63,700 nt of DNA from assembly GCF_004010195.1 (NCBI RefSeq), contig NC_057751.1:9615611-9679310 (forward strand). The letters are read 5' to 3'. Positions within the stretch are counted from its first letter, which is position 1. Each line of letters begins with the position of its first letter. This document shows positions 1-33,654 of this stretch, piece by piece. A program made the position numbers and the translations under genes. Under the pieces are notes generated by a model, which worked only from the letters and a program-made list of their open reading frames with translations, was not told where the DNA came from and searched no databases. The stretch is from Chiloscyllium plagiosum (lineage: Eukaryota).

Positions 1-19273
<19,273 letters not shown>

Positions 19274-19370
19274 ACATCCACTTGCAGTTCATGACGTTGT
19301 AAAAACTGCTCTGAAGATCATCCATGACTGAGACTTGGCTACATACTGTTTCTGCAAAGATTTACCTAAA

Positions 19371-19657
19371 AATAAAGGTTTTTGTTTTGCAGTGACTACA
19401 TACCATCTTCCTTCAACAGCAACATTGCTTAATACTTTGGTTCAGGGTCTACAGTTCAGAACACAAATTTTGAATGTAGGGCTGCAGTAATTTGTTATAC
19501 GTTTTAAGAATTGCATTTGGACCAAGTTTTTGCTGCCTGCTTTTTCTTTTAATCCCCTAGAAAGTCTTTGCTAATGTACAGTTTTATTAAGTTTTGTCTG
19601 GTGAGTTGTGACAGCTTTGTACCCTATTCATTGTGATGAAAGGTTGGCCCTAATAAA
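19371..19657 (+). terminator. Candidate SNRNP200 polyadenylation signals
   Basis: AATAAA at 19371-19376 and 19652-19657, each followed by T/GT-rich sequence, downstream of the stop codon. Confidence 0.55.
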
Positions 19658-20199
19658 TGTTTAATTTTAAATCAACTGGTTTCTGTTTCAACTGCAAGTG
19701 TTTCATGTGATAGTTACCACACACATCCTTTTCAAGTGTTTGTGCTCCATTGTATCCGTTTCCATGAGAAAGATCAACATTATTTTGGTCAGTCTGTTAG
19801 ACATTGTTGAGTTTAGAGATTGACTGACTGAATCTCACGTGAGCAACACATGGAGACAATTCGTAACTTGGTTTCAAAAAGTGTCCATTTCAATTTCAAA
19901 ACATCAGACACAATGGAATGGCTCAATAGTCTTTGTCCTCTCTTAGCCTAGAAGGTCATATGTAATGTAGAAACCCTACTTAAAGTTAACAGGCACATAA
20001 CAGGAATTCGAGCCTTCCACATCCATCAAAGTTTTACCTGACTAATATGTGATTTAACCACAGATCCATTCATGTCACTAGTGAATGAACATCTACCAAC
20101 TCAAACTTAAAGTGAACATTTGCTCTCTCATCAAATGCCATTTTGAGAAGATAGATTCAAAATAGGAAGACAAACAAGAGTAGGCCTTTCTAACCATTT

Positions 20200-20470
20200 C
20201 CACCTATGCACTCCACCCTCTCCTCCCTGACCTATCACCTTCATCTCCTCCCCCACTCACCTATTGTCCTCTATGCTACTTTCTCCCCACCCCCACCCTC
20301 CTCTAGCTTATCTCTCCACGCTTCAGGCTCTCTGCCTTTATTTCTGATGAAGGGCTTTTGCCCGAAACGTCGATTTTGCTGCTCGTCAGATGCTGCCTGA
20401 ATCGCTGTGCTCTTCCAGCACCACTGATCCAGAATCTGGTTTCCAGCATCTGCAGTCATTGTTTTTACCA
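20200..20470 (+). mobile_element. Penelope-pLTR-like repeat with hammerhead motif
   Basis: C/T-rich leader, then CTGATGA-A-GGGCttttGCCC-GAAAC-GTC at 20344-20371, then gatgctgcctga..ccagcatctgcagtc shared with other copies. Confidence 0.7.
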
Positions 20471-20970
20471 CATTACAGGAATTGTCAACCTGTTTTGATT
20501 TACATGGACACAGAGTAAGCATGCATGATACCACTCAATTTGGCTTCTCTGAGCAGCACTTGCAACCTGAATTTTTTTTTCTTCAAATCCATGATCCAAG
20601 CATGAGCAAGAGGATTGCACTTAAGTGCAAGTGACAGCCCTGAACCTGAAAGCAATATCAGATTCAGAATCTTCAGTAGGTAATAACTCTGCTCCTTTGT
20701 GTCATAACGAGCACAAAATGGGTGTGCAGATTGAAATCTAATCATCTCGGTCCAAAGCCATGTCCCTGAGACCCGCCAGCAGCTCCTTCGTATTAACTTC
20801 ACAATGAGGTCAAGTTGGGTTGTTTGTGCTTCAAGTCCTGGACTTTGATAAAACATTGAGGTGACAAAATTGCCAGCCCATGTCTGTTTTCCTTTGACAC
20901 TGAATGGCAAACCGTGACTGAGTTGCTGATCATTGTCATGGACATTAAGCTTCTTTTAATCACATGATAA

Positions 20971-21597
20971 TGAGCCTGACGTCAGTGTTGGATAAGTTGT
21001 TGGGAGGGAATCCTGAGGGACAGGATTTACATGTATTTGGAAAGGCAAGGATTGATTTAGGGATAATCAACATGGCTGTGTGTTTGGGAAATAATGTCTC
21101 ACAAACTCGATTGATTGATTGAGCTTTTTGAAGAGTAACAAAGAGGATTGATGAGTGCAGAGTGGTGGGTATAATTTATATGGACCTCAGTGGGGTGTTC
21201 GATGAGATTCCCCATGGGAGACTGGTTAGCAAGGTTAGATCTCATGGAGCACTGAGAACTAGCCATTTGGCTACACAACTGGCTTGAAGGTAGAAGACAC
21301 AGCGGGTGGTGGTGGAGGGTTGTTTTTCAGACTGGAGGCCTGTGAGCAGTGGAGTGCCACAAAGATTGGTGCTGGGTTCACTACATTTTGTGATATTTGT
21401 AAATGATTTGGATGTGAACAGGTGGAGTTTAATTCAGATAAATGCGAGGTGCTGCACTTTGGGAAAGCAAATCTTAGCAAGACTTATACACTTAATGGTA
21501 AGGTCCTCAGCAGCGTTGCTGTACAAAGAGACCTTGGAGTGCAAGTTCATAGCTCCTTGAAAGTGGACTGGCAGGTCGATAGGATAGTGAAGAAAGC
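20971..21597 (+). mobile_element. CR1 RT fragment
   Basis: [24 protein letters not shown] joined by an internal deletion to [27 protein letters not shown]. Confidence 0.85.
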
Positions 21598-21832
21598 ACA
21601 ACAACAAATTGCAGATTTGTAATATGTCTGAACTTGGCGGTATATTGGGCTGGAGTACAGACTTACACGAGGGAAGGCTTTGAGGAAGCCCAGTACTACT
21701 GCTGCTTCTTTGACCAGTGCAGTTGAAAAGTATTCTTCCCCATTTATAAAAGCTTGACAAATCTGCCACTCAAATGTGCAGAAATTGTATCAAATCACAG
21801 GTGTACATCTGAAGAATCTATTCACAATATGC

Positions 21833-22588
21833 AACAGTTGTCTACCAGTTGTGTACAAGCCTAAATACACTTACACTCAAAAGTGATTTTAATTGTCTTC
21901 CAAATGAAAGAGTAAACAAATTGTTAATGTTAAATTGTTAAGCTCTCGACAGATTAGATAAAGACAGAACATGACCATTGAGTGGAAACATAACTAGTGC
22001 AAATGTGAAAATGGGTAAATGATGTAGTCATGGTGATTAATTCCAGACTAGACAGTGCCTATACAATGCATTTGTTACGGATATGTAACATTTTCACGTG
22101 ATTGCATGCTTGCATTAATCTTCAAACTCGTATATCCAGATAGCAATGTCCCCATCATCACTGCAGGAAGCTAACAAGCCAGCTTGCTTGGGGTTCCAAG
22201 CCACACAATTGACATCCTGAGTGTGTGCTTTTGCAATGTGGGCCATTAATGAAAAGGTGGGTTGGTGTGGGTCCGAACCAGGGTCCTTCTCAAATATCCT
22301 GATTGCATCATCACCACATGCAGTTGCTATCGCATCAGTCATGTGACACCTGAAAGAAATGAGACTAAGTAAACACATTGCTGGACAGACATTTTGATCT
22401 GACCCAAGGAGGATGTTCAACATCAAGAGTTTTAATAGAGTTAATATGAATAAACTCATATCACTGTGGTAATTAATCAAGAGAACAGTTGTCTACCAGT
22501 TGTGAACAAGCCTTAATATACTTACACTCAAAAGTGATTTTAATTGTCTTCCAAATGAAAGAGTAAACAAATTGTTTATGTTAAATTG
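21833..22588. repeat. 105-bp direct repeat flanking CIAO1 last exon (21833-21937 and 22484-22588)
   Basis: aacagttgtctaccagttgtg...gttaaattg occurs twice, 651 bp apart, with 4 mismatches. Confidence 0.92.
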
Positions 22589-25500
22589 AGTGGCAGCAAG
22601 TGAGAATCTGGAAGCAACAGGTTCAATGTTTAAAACTGGATAAATATATTTGAAACTGGAGAGGTTGAAAGTTACAGGGCTTTGGAAATTGAAGAATCCC
22701 ATGATTATTTCTATTTGAGATCCACAAGAGAGATGTTGGGCCAACTGGTTCCAACTATCCTGTTCCCTCACACCAGGCAGAATGAGAGTGGTGTTGATGT
22801 GACAATCATAAAAACATTTCAAATGGGGAACTTGCCTTTTAAAAAGGTTACTGACAGAATAATGACTTTGAACTCACCAGGAGATGTCATAGATAGGACG
22901 ACTGTGGAACCCAGATAGGGTGCAGACACTTTTCCAAGACAGATCTGATCCACTGCATATCACACCTGCACCAAAAAGATAATCATGTCAAATTGAGACA
23001 ACTCCCATCGCACAAAATGTTGCAGTGTTTCAATTTTGAAGATTAACAGTAAAAAAAAAGAAGCACTTATTTTACCAATGATACAAACATTTTTCAGGAA
23101 TAATCCCTTTTTGATAGTGCTGCATAATTTTCTGGACATCTTGAATACTGACTCAAATGTCATCTCATTTGTGACCACATTACTTGAGGCAGAACCAGAT
23201 GAGTGGAATCTTCTCTGCTAACCCTAATGCAAATCACAAACTTCACATCCAACAGAGATCACAGAACAAATTTCCTACATGGCTTGGGGGGGGGGGTTCT
23301 GATGAAAATTCTGGGCCAGAAGCCATGGCAACTGAAGCAGCCGAGCCCAGTCCTCCACCCAAGCAGCAGTGGAATGGAATGTCACAAATAAAATGGGAGC
23401 TCGCAGCACAAAGGATTTGAGTATCCACCAGTATATTCGGTGTCAGGTTCATTTATTTCCCCATGAACAAGTGTCATTACAGACAACTGAAATGGTTTCT
23501 TTCCCCCACCACCTGTTATCCATCTCCACTAACTAACCATGTTCCTAATTAACCAGTTTACTGACAAAGCCCCAAAAGAATAGTACAATGCTCCGTTCAG
23601 TCACTTTACCTTGTTCATTGCCAGGCTTGTATGCTTTCCAAATTTTAACAGTTTTGTCATCACTGCAAGATACCAAATGCTCTCCAGTTTTATCAAATGC
23701 AATGCTCCAAACTGTAGACTCATGACCTTCAAGAGTGTCAACACAGACCCAGTCATCATCTTCCTCCTTGTATAGTTTAATGCTGTTATCATAGCTTCCA
23801 GAAGCCAGGAACTAGTGTTGAATTGAGAAATACACATTAACAGTTAGTTGTACAGTCTTTACTACATTGCATCATTGAAAAGGTACACCGTATCTGGCTC
23901 ATAAGACAATATATCTAATCTAAATCAAAAGACACAGATACTGCAAACAATTAAGAACAGCAGTGAGGAATGTAAACCATGTGGTTCTTGAGAACTCTTA
24001 CCTCTCCATTTGGGTGCCAGATGACATGTTTGACATCCTGAGTATGAGCATTCAGTACACTCACACACTCATAATCATCATCTTCATCCACTAAAAAGCA
24101 AATGAGAATGCTATGAACAGTTTTTCATACAGTCCTTACTCAATGAACTGAACTGTAATCCCTTAGCAGCATGCACTACTAATTTCAGACAGTTGAGTCT
24201 GCGACAGGCCTGCAGTTTACAAAACATACATGGCATTTTGCTTTATTATTGATGTGGAAATTAACTATTCAAAATGAGACCTGCACGATGAAGTATGACC
24301 AGTAACTGATAATGGTGTCCATTGCATCATTTGATGGCTGATTGGTACCTGAATGCATTAAACCAGTTAGATCTTCATTCCTCAGTATCTCAAACTGAAT
24401 CTCGTCATAAATCAACTTCTGCCATGTCCGCATGTTTTGGAGCAAAGGGGAAGTTACATATTTACACTGTGCTCTAGATGGAAATCATGTCCTGGTTCCA
24501 GCTCCAAGATGATCTGATTCAAGTGTCATTTTTTGATCCTTGCATCCACTCAATGTTTATTGTGCCCAGTTGATAGAGGGAATCCTGAGGGACAGGATGT
24601 TCATGTATTTGGAAAGGCAAGGACTGATTAGGGATAGTCAACATGGCTTAGTGCATGGGAAATCATGTCTCACAAACTTGATTGAGTTTTTTGAAGAAGT
24701 AACAAAGAAGATTGATGAGGGCAGAGCAGTAGATGTGATCTATATGGACTTCAGTAAGGCATTCGACAAGGTTCCCCATGGGAGACTGATTAGCAAGGTT
24801 CGATCTCATGGAATAAAGGGAGAACTAGCCATTTGGATACAGAACTGGCTCAAAGGTAGAAGACAGAGGATGGTGGTGGAGGGTTGTTTTTCAGACTAGA
24901 GGCCTGTTACCAGTGGAGTGCCACAAGGATCGGTGCTGTGTCCTCCACTTTTTTGTCATTTACATAAATGATTTGGATGCGAGAATAAGAGATACAGTTA
25001 GTAAGTTTGCAGATGACACCAAAATTGGAGGTGTAGTGGACAGCGAAGAGGGTTACCTCAGATTACAACAGGATCTTGACCAGATGGGCCAATGGGCTGA
25101 GAAGTGGCAGATGGAGTTTAATTCAGATAAATGTGAGGTGCTGCATTTTGGGAAAGCAATCTCAGCAGGACTTATACACTTAATGGTAAGGTACTAGGGA
25201 GTGTTGCTAAAAAAAAAGGGACCTTGGAGTGCAGGTTCATAGCTCCTTGAAAGTGGAGTCGCAGGTAGGTAGGAATAGTGAACAAGGCGTTTGGTATGCT
25301 TTCTTTTATCGGTCAGAGTATTGAGTACAGGAGTTGGGAGGTCATGTTGTGGCTGTACAGGACATCGGTTAGGCCACTGTTGGAATATTGCGTGCAATTC
25401 TGGTCTCCTTCCTATCGGAAAGATGTTTGATTAGATTAGATTAGATGTTGTGAAACTTGAAAGGGTTCAGAAAAGATCTACAAGGATATTGCCGGGGGTT

Positions 25501-28500
25501 GGAGAATTTGAGCTCTCGGGAGAGGCTGAACAAGCTGGGGCTGTTTTCCCTGGAGCGTTGGAGGCTGGGGGTTGACCTTATAGTGGTTTTTAAAATCATG
25601 AGGGGCCTGGATAGGATAAATGGACACAGTTTTTTTCTCCCGGGGTAGATTGTAGATTATATTACAGTGTGGAAACAGGCCCTTCGGCCCAACAAGTCCA
25701 CACCGACCCGCCGAAGCGAAACCCACCCATACCCCTACATTTACCCCTTACCTAACACTACGGGCAATTTAGTATAGCCAATTCACCTGGCCCTGCACAT
25801 CTTTGGACTGTGGGAGGAAACCGGAGCACCCGGAGGAAACCCACGCAGACACGGGGAGAACGTGCAAACTCCACACAGTCAGTCGCCTGAGGCGGGAATT
25901 GAACCTGGGTCTCTGGCGCTGTGAGGCAGCAGTGCTAACCAGTGGGGGAGTCCAGAACTAGAGGGCATAGTTTTAGGGTGCGAGGGGAAAGATATAAAAG
26001 AGATTTAAGGGGCAACTTTTTCAGTCAGAGGGTGGTACGTGTATGGAATGAGCTGCCAGAGGAAGTGGTGGAGGCTGGTACAATTGCAACATTTAAGAGG
26101 CATTTGGATGGGTATATGAATAGGAAGTGTTTGGAGGGATATGTGCTGGGTGCTGGCAGATGGGACTAGATTGGTTGGGATATCTGGTCGGCATGGATGG
26201 GTTGGACCGAAGGGTCTGTTTCCATGCTGTACATCTCTATGACTCTTTGCAACACTTAGCTCCCATCTACATATCTTATTAAATCTTGTCCATGTTGTCA
26301 TCCTTCAGACGACACACGATCTTTGAAGGAGTTGACAGCACAGATGTGACATCATTACAGTCAGAATTGATAGGGAATGGATTAGGATCATGAGAGCCAG
26401 TTGAATTTAATTCGAGTTAATAAAATATGCAATTGTAAACCATCTCAGCAACATAGGTAACTATAAAACCATTAATTTGCATAAAAACCTATCTGATTGA
26501 TGGATGCTTTTTTGGTATATAAATGTGCAATCCTTAGTAGGCAGATACCTACTGTGGTTGAGCCTTAACATGATAGAATAAATAACAAAATATACCTTTT
26601 ATCCACATTGCCAATATATTTGGTGACTTTCAACACTCGACTGCCAAGGCTTATCCCATTGAATTACGCAAATTTAAAACACAAAGGAGGCTATTTGGCC
26701 CATTATGTTTGTACAAGCTGAGTTCAAGCTTATGAAAGTCAGAACTTCAAGCGCATATCCAGCTACTTAAGTATAATGGAGTTTCTGCTTTTCCCACCCT
26801 TTCAGACATGTCTCAGGTGCTTTGCAAAATGGCATTTTCAAAGACGCTAAATTCACAAAGTATGTTCTCACCTTCCCAAACCCATACACTTTTATCCCGG
26901 CTGCATGTTGCAAGAAGACTGCCAGATGGAGCCCAGGCCACAGATTTCACTTCATTCTCGTGTCCTTCCAGTGTTGTCAAAAGCTATGAAAACAAACACC
27001 AAACCTGAGAATCTTAACACTCAACTTATACCAAATTTACTGCTTCGATCAGGTCACAGGAGCACCAATGTAACTAACACATTTATCTAACATATTTTAA
27101 TCTTACCTGAGATTCAAATCATCTATAAAATTGCTGCCAGAAATGTCATCATATTATTTTTGAAAACATTCTCTCAACAGAAAGATTCAGACTATAATAA
27201 TACAATGCTCTTGGCAGTTTTCTGGAGGAAGTGAAGGGTTGGAGAGAGATGCAAGGGGCTGGTATTGAGAAAGAGACAGAGTGTGTGCTGGAGGGCAGAT
27301 GGAGATGGGGCAGGAGAGAGGGAAGATGAAGCGTGCAGGGAGGCTGACATGAGGAAGGTACGGGAGGGAGGAGAGCTAAGGGAGAAGAGAAAGAGTAGGG
27401 AGGACAGCAAGTTATGAGGAATCAAGCTTGGGGAAGAAGGGGCAATAATGCAGTAACAGCGACAGGATTAATTGGGTGCTAAACTCATTGGTGTCTTCTG
27501 GAGTGATAAGAATTGTACAAGATGGACACAGATCTTTTAAAAGCTGATGACAGAATCTGATGCTCTGGGGGTGTAAGACCAGGGAAAATTGAACAGTTGA
27601 GAGGAGAACAGCTAAGCCAATGACATCTGCAGCTGCCCAGAGAATAGCTCTCTTAAAAGGTACCTTTATCAAGCAGCAACCTGTGAAGCATAATCCCTAA
27701 GAAGAAAAGACACAGGAAGATCCAAATAGAAGATTTGACAGCTGGCTGGTTTTGAAAACTTGATTCTTTGGTAAAACCTTAATTGGGGGTGGTTTATCGG
27801 ACTAGTATTATCGAAGGGAAGGTAAAAGATTGGTTCGAGGAAGGAGCTGTAAATAGTTGTTCGTTAATTATTCTGTTAGACTTTAAGAAATAAAATTGTT
27901 AATAGTGAATTTAAATAGTTCTTGGCCTCTCGAATTTTCATAGATTACTGCACAGGATGAATCTTTTCTGTGTTGCTGGTTTAAATTAAGCAGGAGGGTT
28001 TAACCCATGTCGTAACACTCCTGCTCTACAAGGTTTCTTTGTTTAGCAATACACCTCAGGACTTTCCCATTAAGTGTATAAATTCTGCCCTGATTTGCCT
28101 TACCAAAATGTCACATCTCATGTTTATCTAAGTTAAACTTCATCTGCCACTCCTCAGCCCAAGTTATCATAGTTCTGTTGTATTCTGAGGTGTAATATGC
28201 AAACTTATGTTCACATCCAACATGTGAACATGTTCATATGTAATATGCATACCACCTATGTTCACATCCAAATCATTTATGCAAATTACAGAAAGCAGCA
28301 GACCCAGGACCCATGTTCGCAGCACACAGGTGGTCACAGACCTCCAATCCTAAAAGCAACCCTCTGTCTCCTACCTACAAACCAACTTTGTCTCAAAACG
28401 ATCAGTTCTCTTTGTATTCCATGTTATTTAAATCAGACCATCACACACAGAAGCAGAAGTAGGCTATTCAGCCCAGTGACTTGGCTGATCATAACTCTCA

Positions 28501-29519
28501 ATTCTCTCAGTGATTAAAAATCTGTCGATCTCATCCTTAAATATCCTTAATAACCCAGCCTTGCCAGTCCTCTGCGGTAAAGAATTTCAGCGATTCATTA
28601 TATTTTGGGAGAAAAGTTTCCTCCACATCTGTCTTAAGTGGACCATCCTACAGTCTGAGATTATGCACTCCAGACTTTGACTGCTCCACAAGGTGAATCA
28701 ACCTCTCAACGACTTACCCTGTCAATAACCCTAGGAATGTATCACGTTTCAGCAGGGTCACCTCTCATTCTTCTATATTTCAACCTCCACAACATCACCT
28801 CGCTAAGTCCTTCCATACCCAAACGAGTGAACCTTCTCTGGCCTGCCTCCAACTGGCAGTGCACGTCTCCCTCGACACAACCCGAGCAGAACATCCCCGC
28901 TTCGGACAGAAGGCCAACCTTTCCTTGGCTTCTCTGAATTTGTGGGCTCTGCAGGTCTGCCCGAAGAGGGTACATCCTCTCCCACCTCCACTTCGAGGGT
29001 CATCTCGATGTTCACGGCGGGAGAAAAAAGAGAGACGGCTACTGAAAACAGTCTCCACCTCCATGAAGTGGGGAAGGGGCACACTGCCAGCCATTAGTGT
29101 CACAGCAGGAGCTCGGGGTGCGCTACCTCAAACACGGCCTCCTTCTTCCTCCAGATGCAGGTGGTGGCGTCGAAGCTGACCGAAGCAAGGTAGGTACCGC
29201 ACGGCGACCAGGAGACCTTCCGCACGGTCCGCTGGTGCCCATCTTCCAGGAGGCACTTGCACAGCCAGGAAGACCCTGGGGGTGGGGGGGAAGAAACAGA
29301 AATAAGTCAGGAGAATGAAATGTCGACGTCCAGGCCCCGTACAACCCGCCCCGGCCGATCGACGGGGAAGCCGTTCGCACCTTCTCTGGCCCAAATCCGC
29401 ACTGCCCGGTCGCCTCCACACGAAGCGAGCAGCGTCCCGCTCGGGCTCCAGGCCACATACCAGGCCCGGGAGTCCGGGTGCGCCGAGAAACGCGCCTCGA
29501 GCGCCAACCGCCGTTTCAT
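22115..29519 (-). CDS. CIAO1: Cytosolic iron-sulfur assembly component 1 (WD40 protein), complete, 7 exons, 337 aa
   Basis: Minus-strand GT-AG exons 29519-29381, 29275-29127, 26983-26872, 24090-24002, 23811-23610, 22965-22878, 22349-22115 (sum 1014 nt). Translation [124 protein letters not shown]; seven WD repeats typical of Cia1. Confidence 0.97.
24568..26246 (+). mobile_element. CR1/HER1 LINE RT plus 3' tail, with nested SINE
   Basis: [57 protein letters not shown]; tail gtacatctctatgactct; frameshifted. Confidence 0.93.
25647..25941 (-). mobile_element. HE1-type V-SINE nested in CR1
   Basis: Minus strand: tggttagcactgctgcctcacagcgcc, B-box ggttcaattcc, V-domain gtgtggagtttgcacgttctccccgtgtctgcgtgggtttcc, LINE-like tail gggcctgtttccacactgta. 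The CR1 resumes exactly on both sides. Confidence 0.88.
27572..28017. mobile_element. Possible solo-LTR remnant
   Basis: TGTAA...TAACA ends and an internal AATAAA; no TSD found. Confidence 0.3.
28018..28880 (-). mobile_element. Old CR1 fragments
   Basis: Reverse-complement matches to the WQMKFNLDK region (catctgccactcctcagccc) and to the 3' end (agaagtaggctattcagccc). Confidence 0.6.
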
Positions 29520-29848
29520 CCCGGGCGCGCGGCTGACCTGCCCTCGACAGATGCGCCAGCCCCCACAGCCACTCCTGCTCCGGATTGGTTGGAGGACTCG
29601 CCAGAGTCGAGTTCCTATTCGCGAACAGTTCCGTCCATCAAGAGCAGATGTCACCAATCACCGGGATGCGTTGAGGGCGGGTGTGAACTCCTCGGACATC
29701 ACATCCGGTGTTAGTTTCGGCTGGGTCGATCGGAAGCGGATACGCAGCTGATGGCTCCTCTCTTGTAAATTAGTGTTGTCGTCGGTTACCTCTGTCGGGG
29801 TTTCGGTGATCAGTCGCTTTCTCGCGGCGGCCCGGGCCGGGAAGGAGA
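29520..29848. promoter_or_regulatory. Bidirectional CpG-island promoter CIAO1/TMEM127
   Basis: 329 bp between divergent ATGs, inside a CpG-rich stretch (about 29100-30200). ATTGG 29584-29588 and CCAAT 29654-29658 in opposite orientations; ETS-like ACATCCGG at 29701 and CGGAAG at 29731. Confidence 0.8.

Positions 29849-33654
<3,806 letters not shown>

Noticed and set aside
21833-21937. Duplicated segment as an intronic snoRNA
   Set aside because: No convincing C/D boxes with terminal stem or H/ACA double hairpin on the host strand.
24540-25197. Reverse-transcriptase ORFs as a possible novel retron/DGR-like system
   Set aside because: Plain frameshifted CR1 LINE ORF2 ([17 protein letters not shown]) in a vertebrate intron.
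27230-27415. GA-rich purine tract
   Set aside because: Low-complexity sequence with no periodic unit or coding signal.
28190-28272. Short imperfect tandem duplication (gtaatatgca..tatgttcacatccaa)
   Set aside because: Local slippage inside a decayed CR1 fragment.
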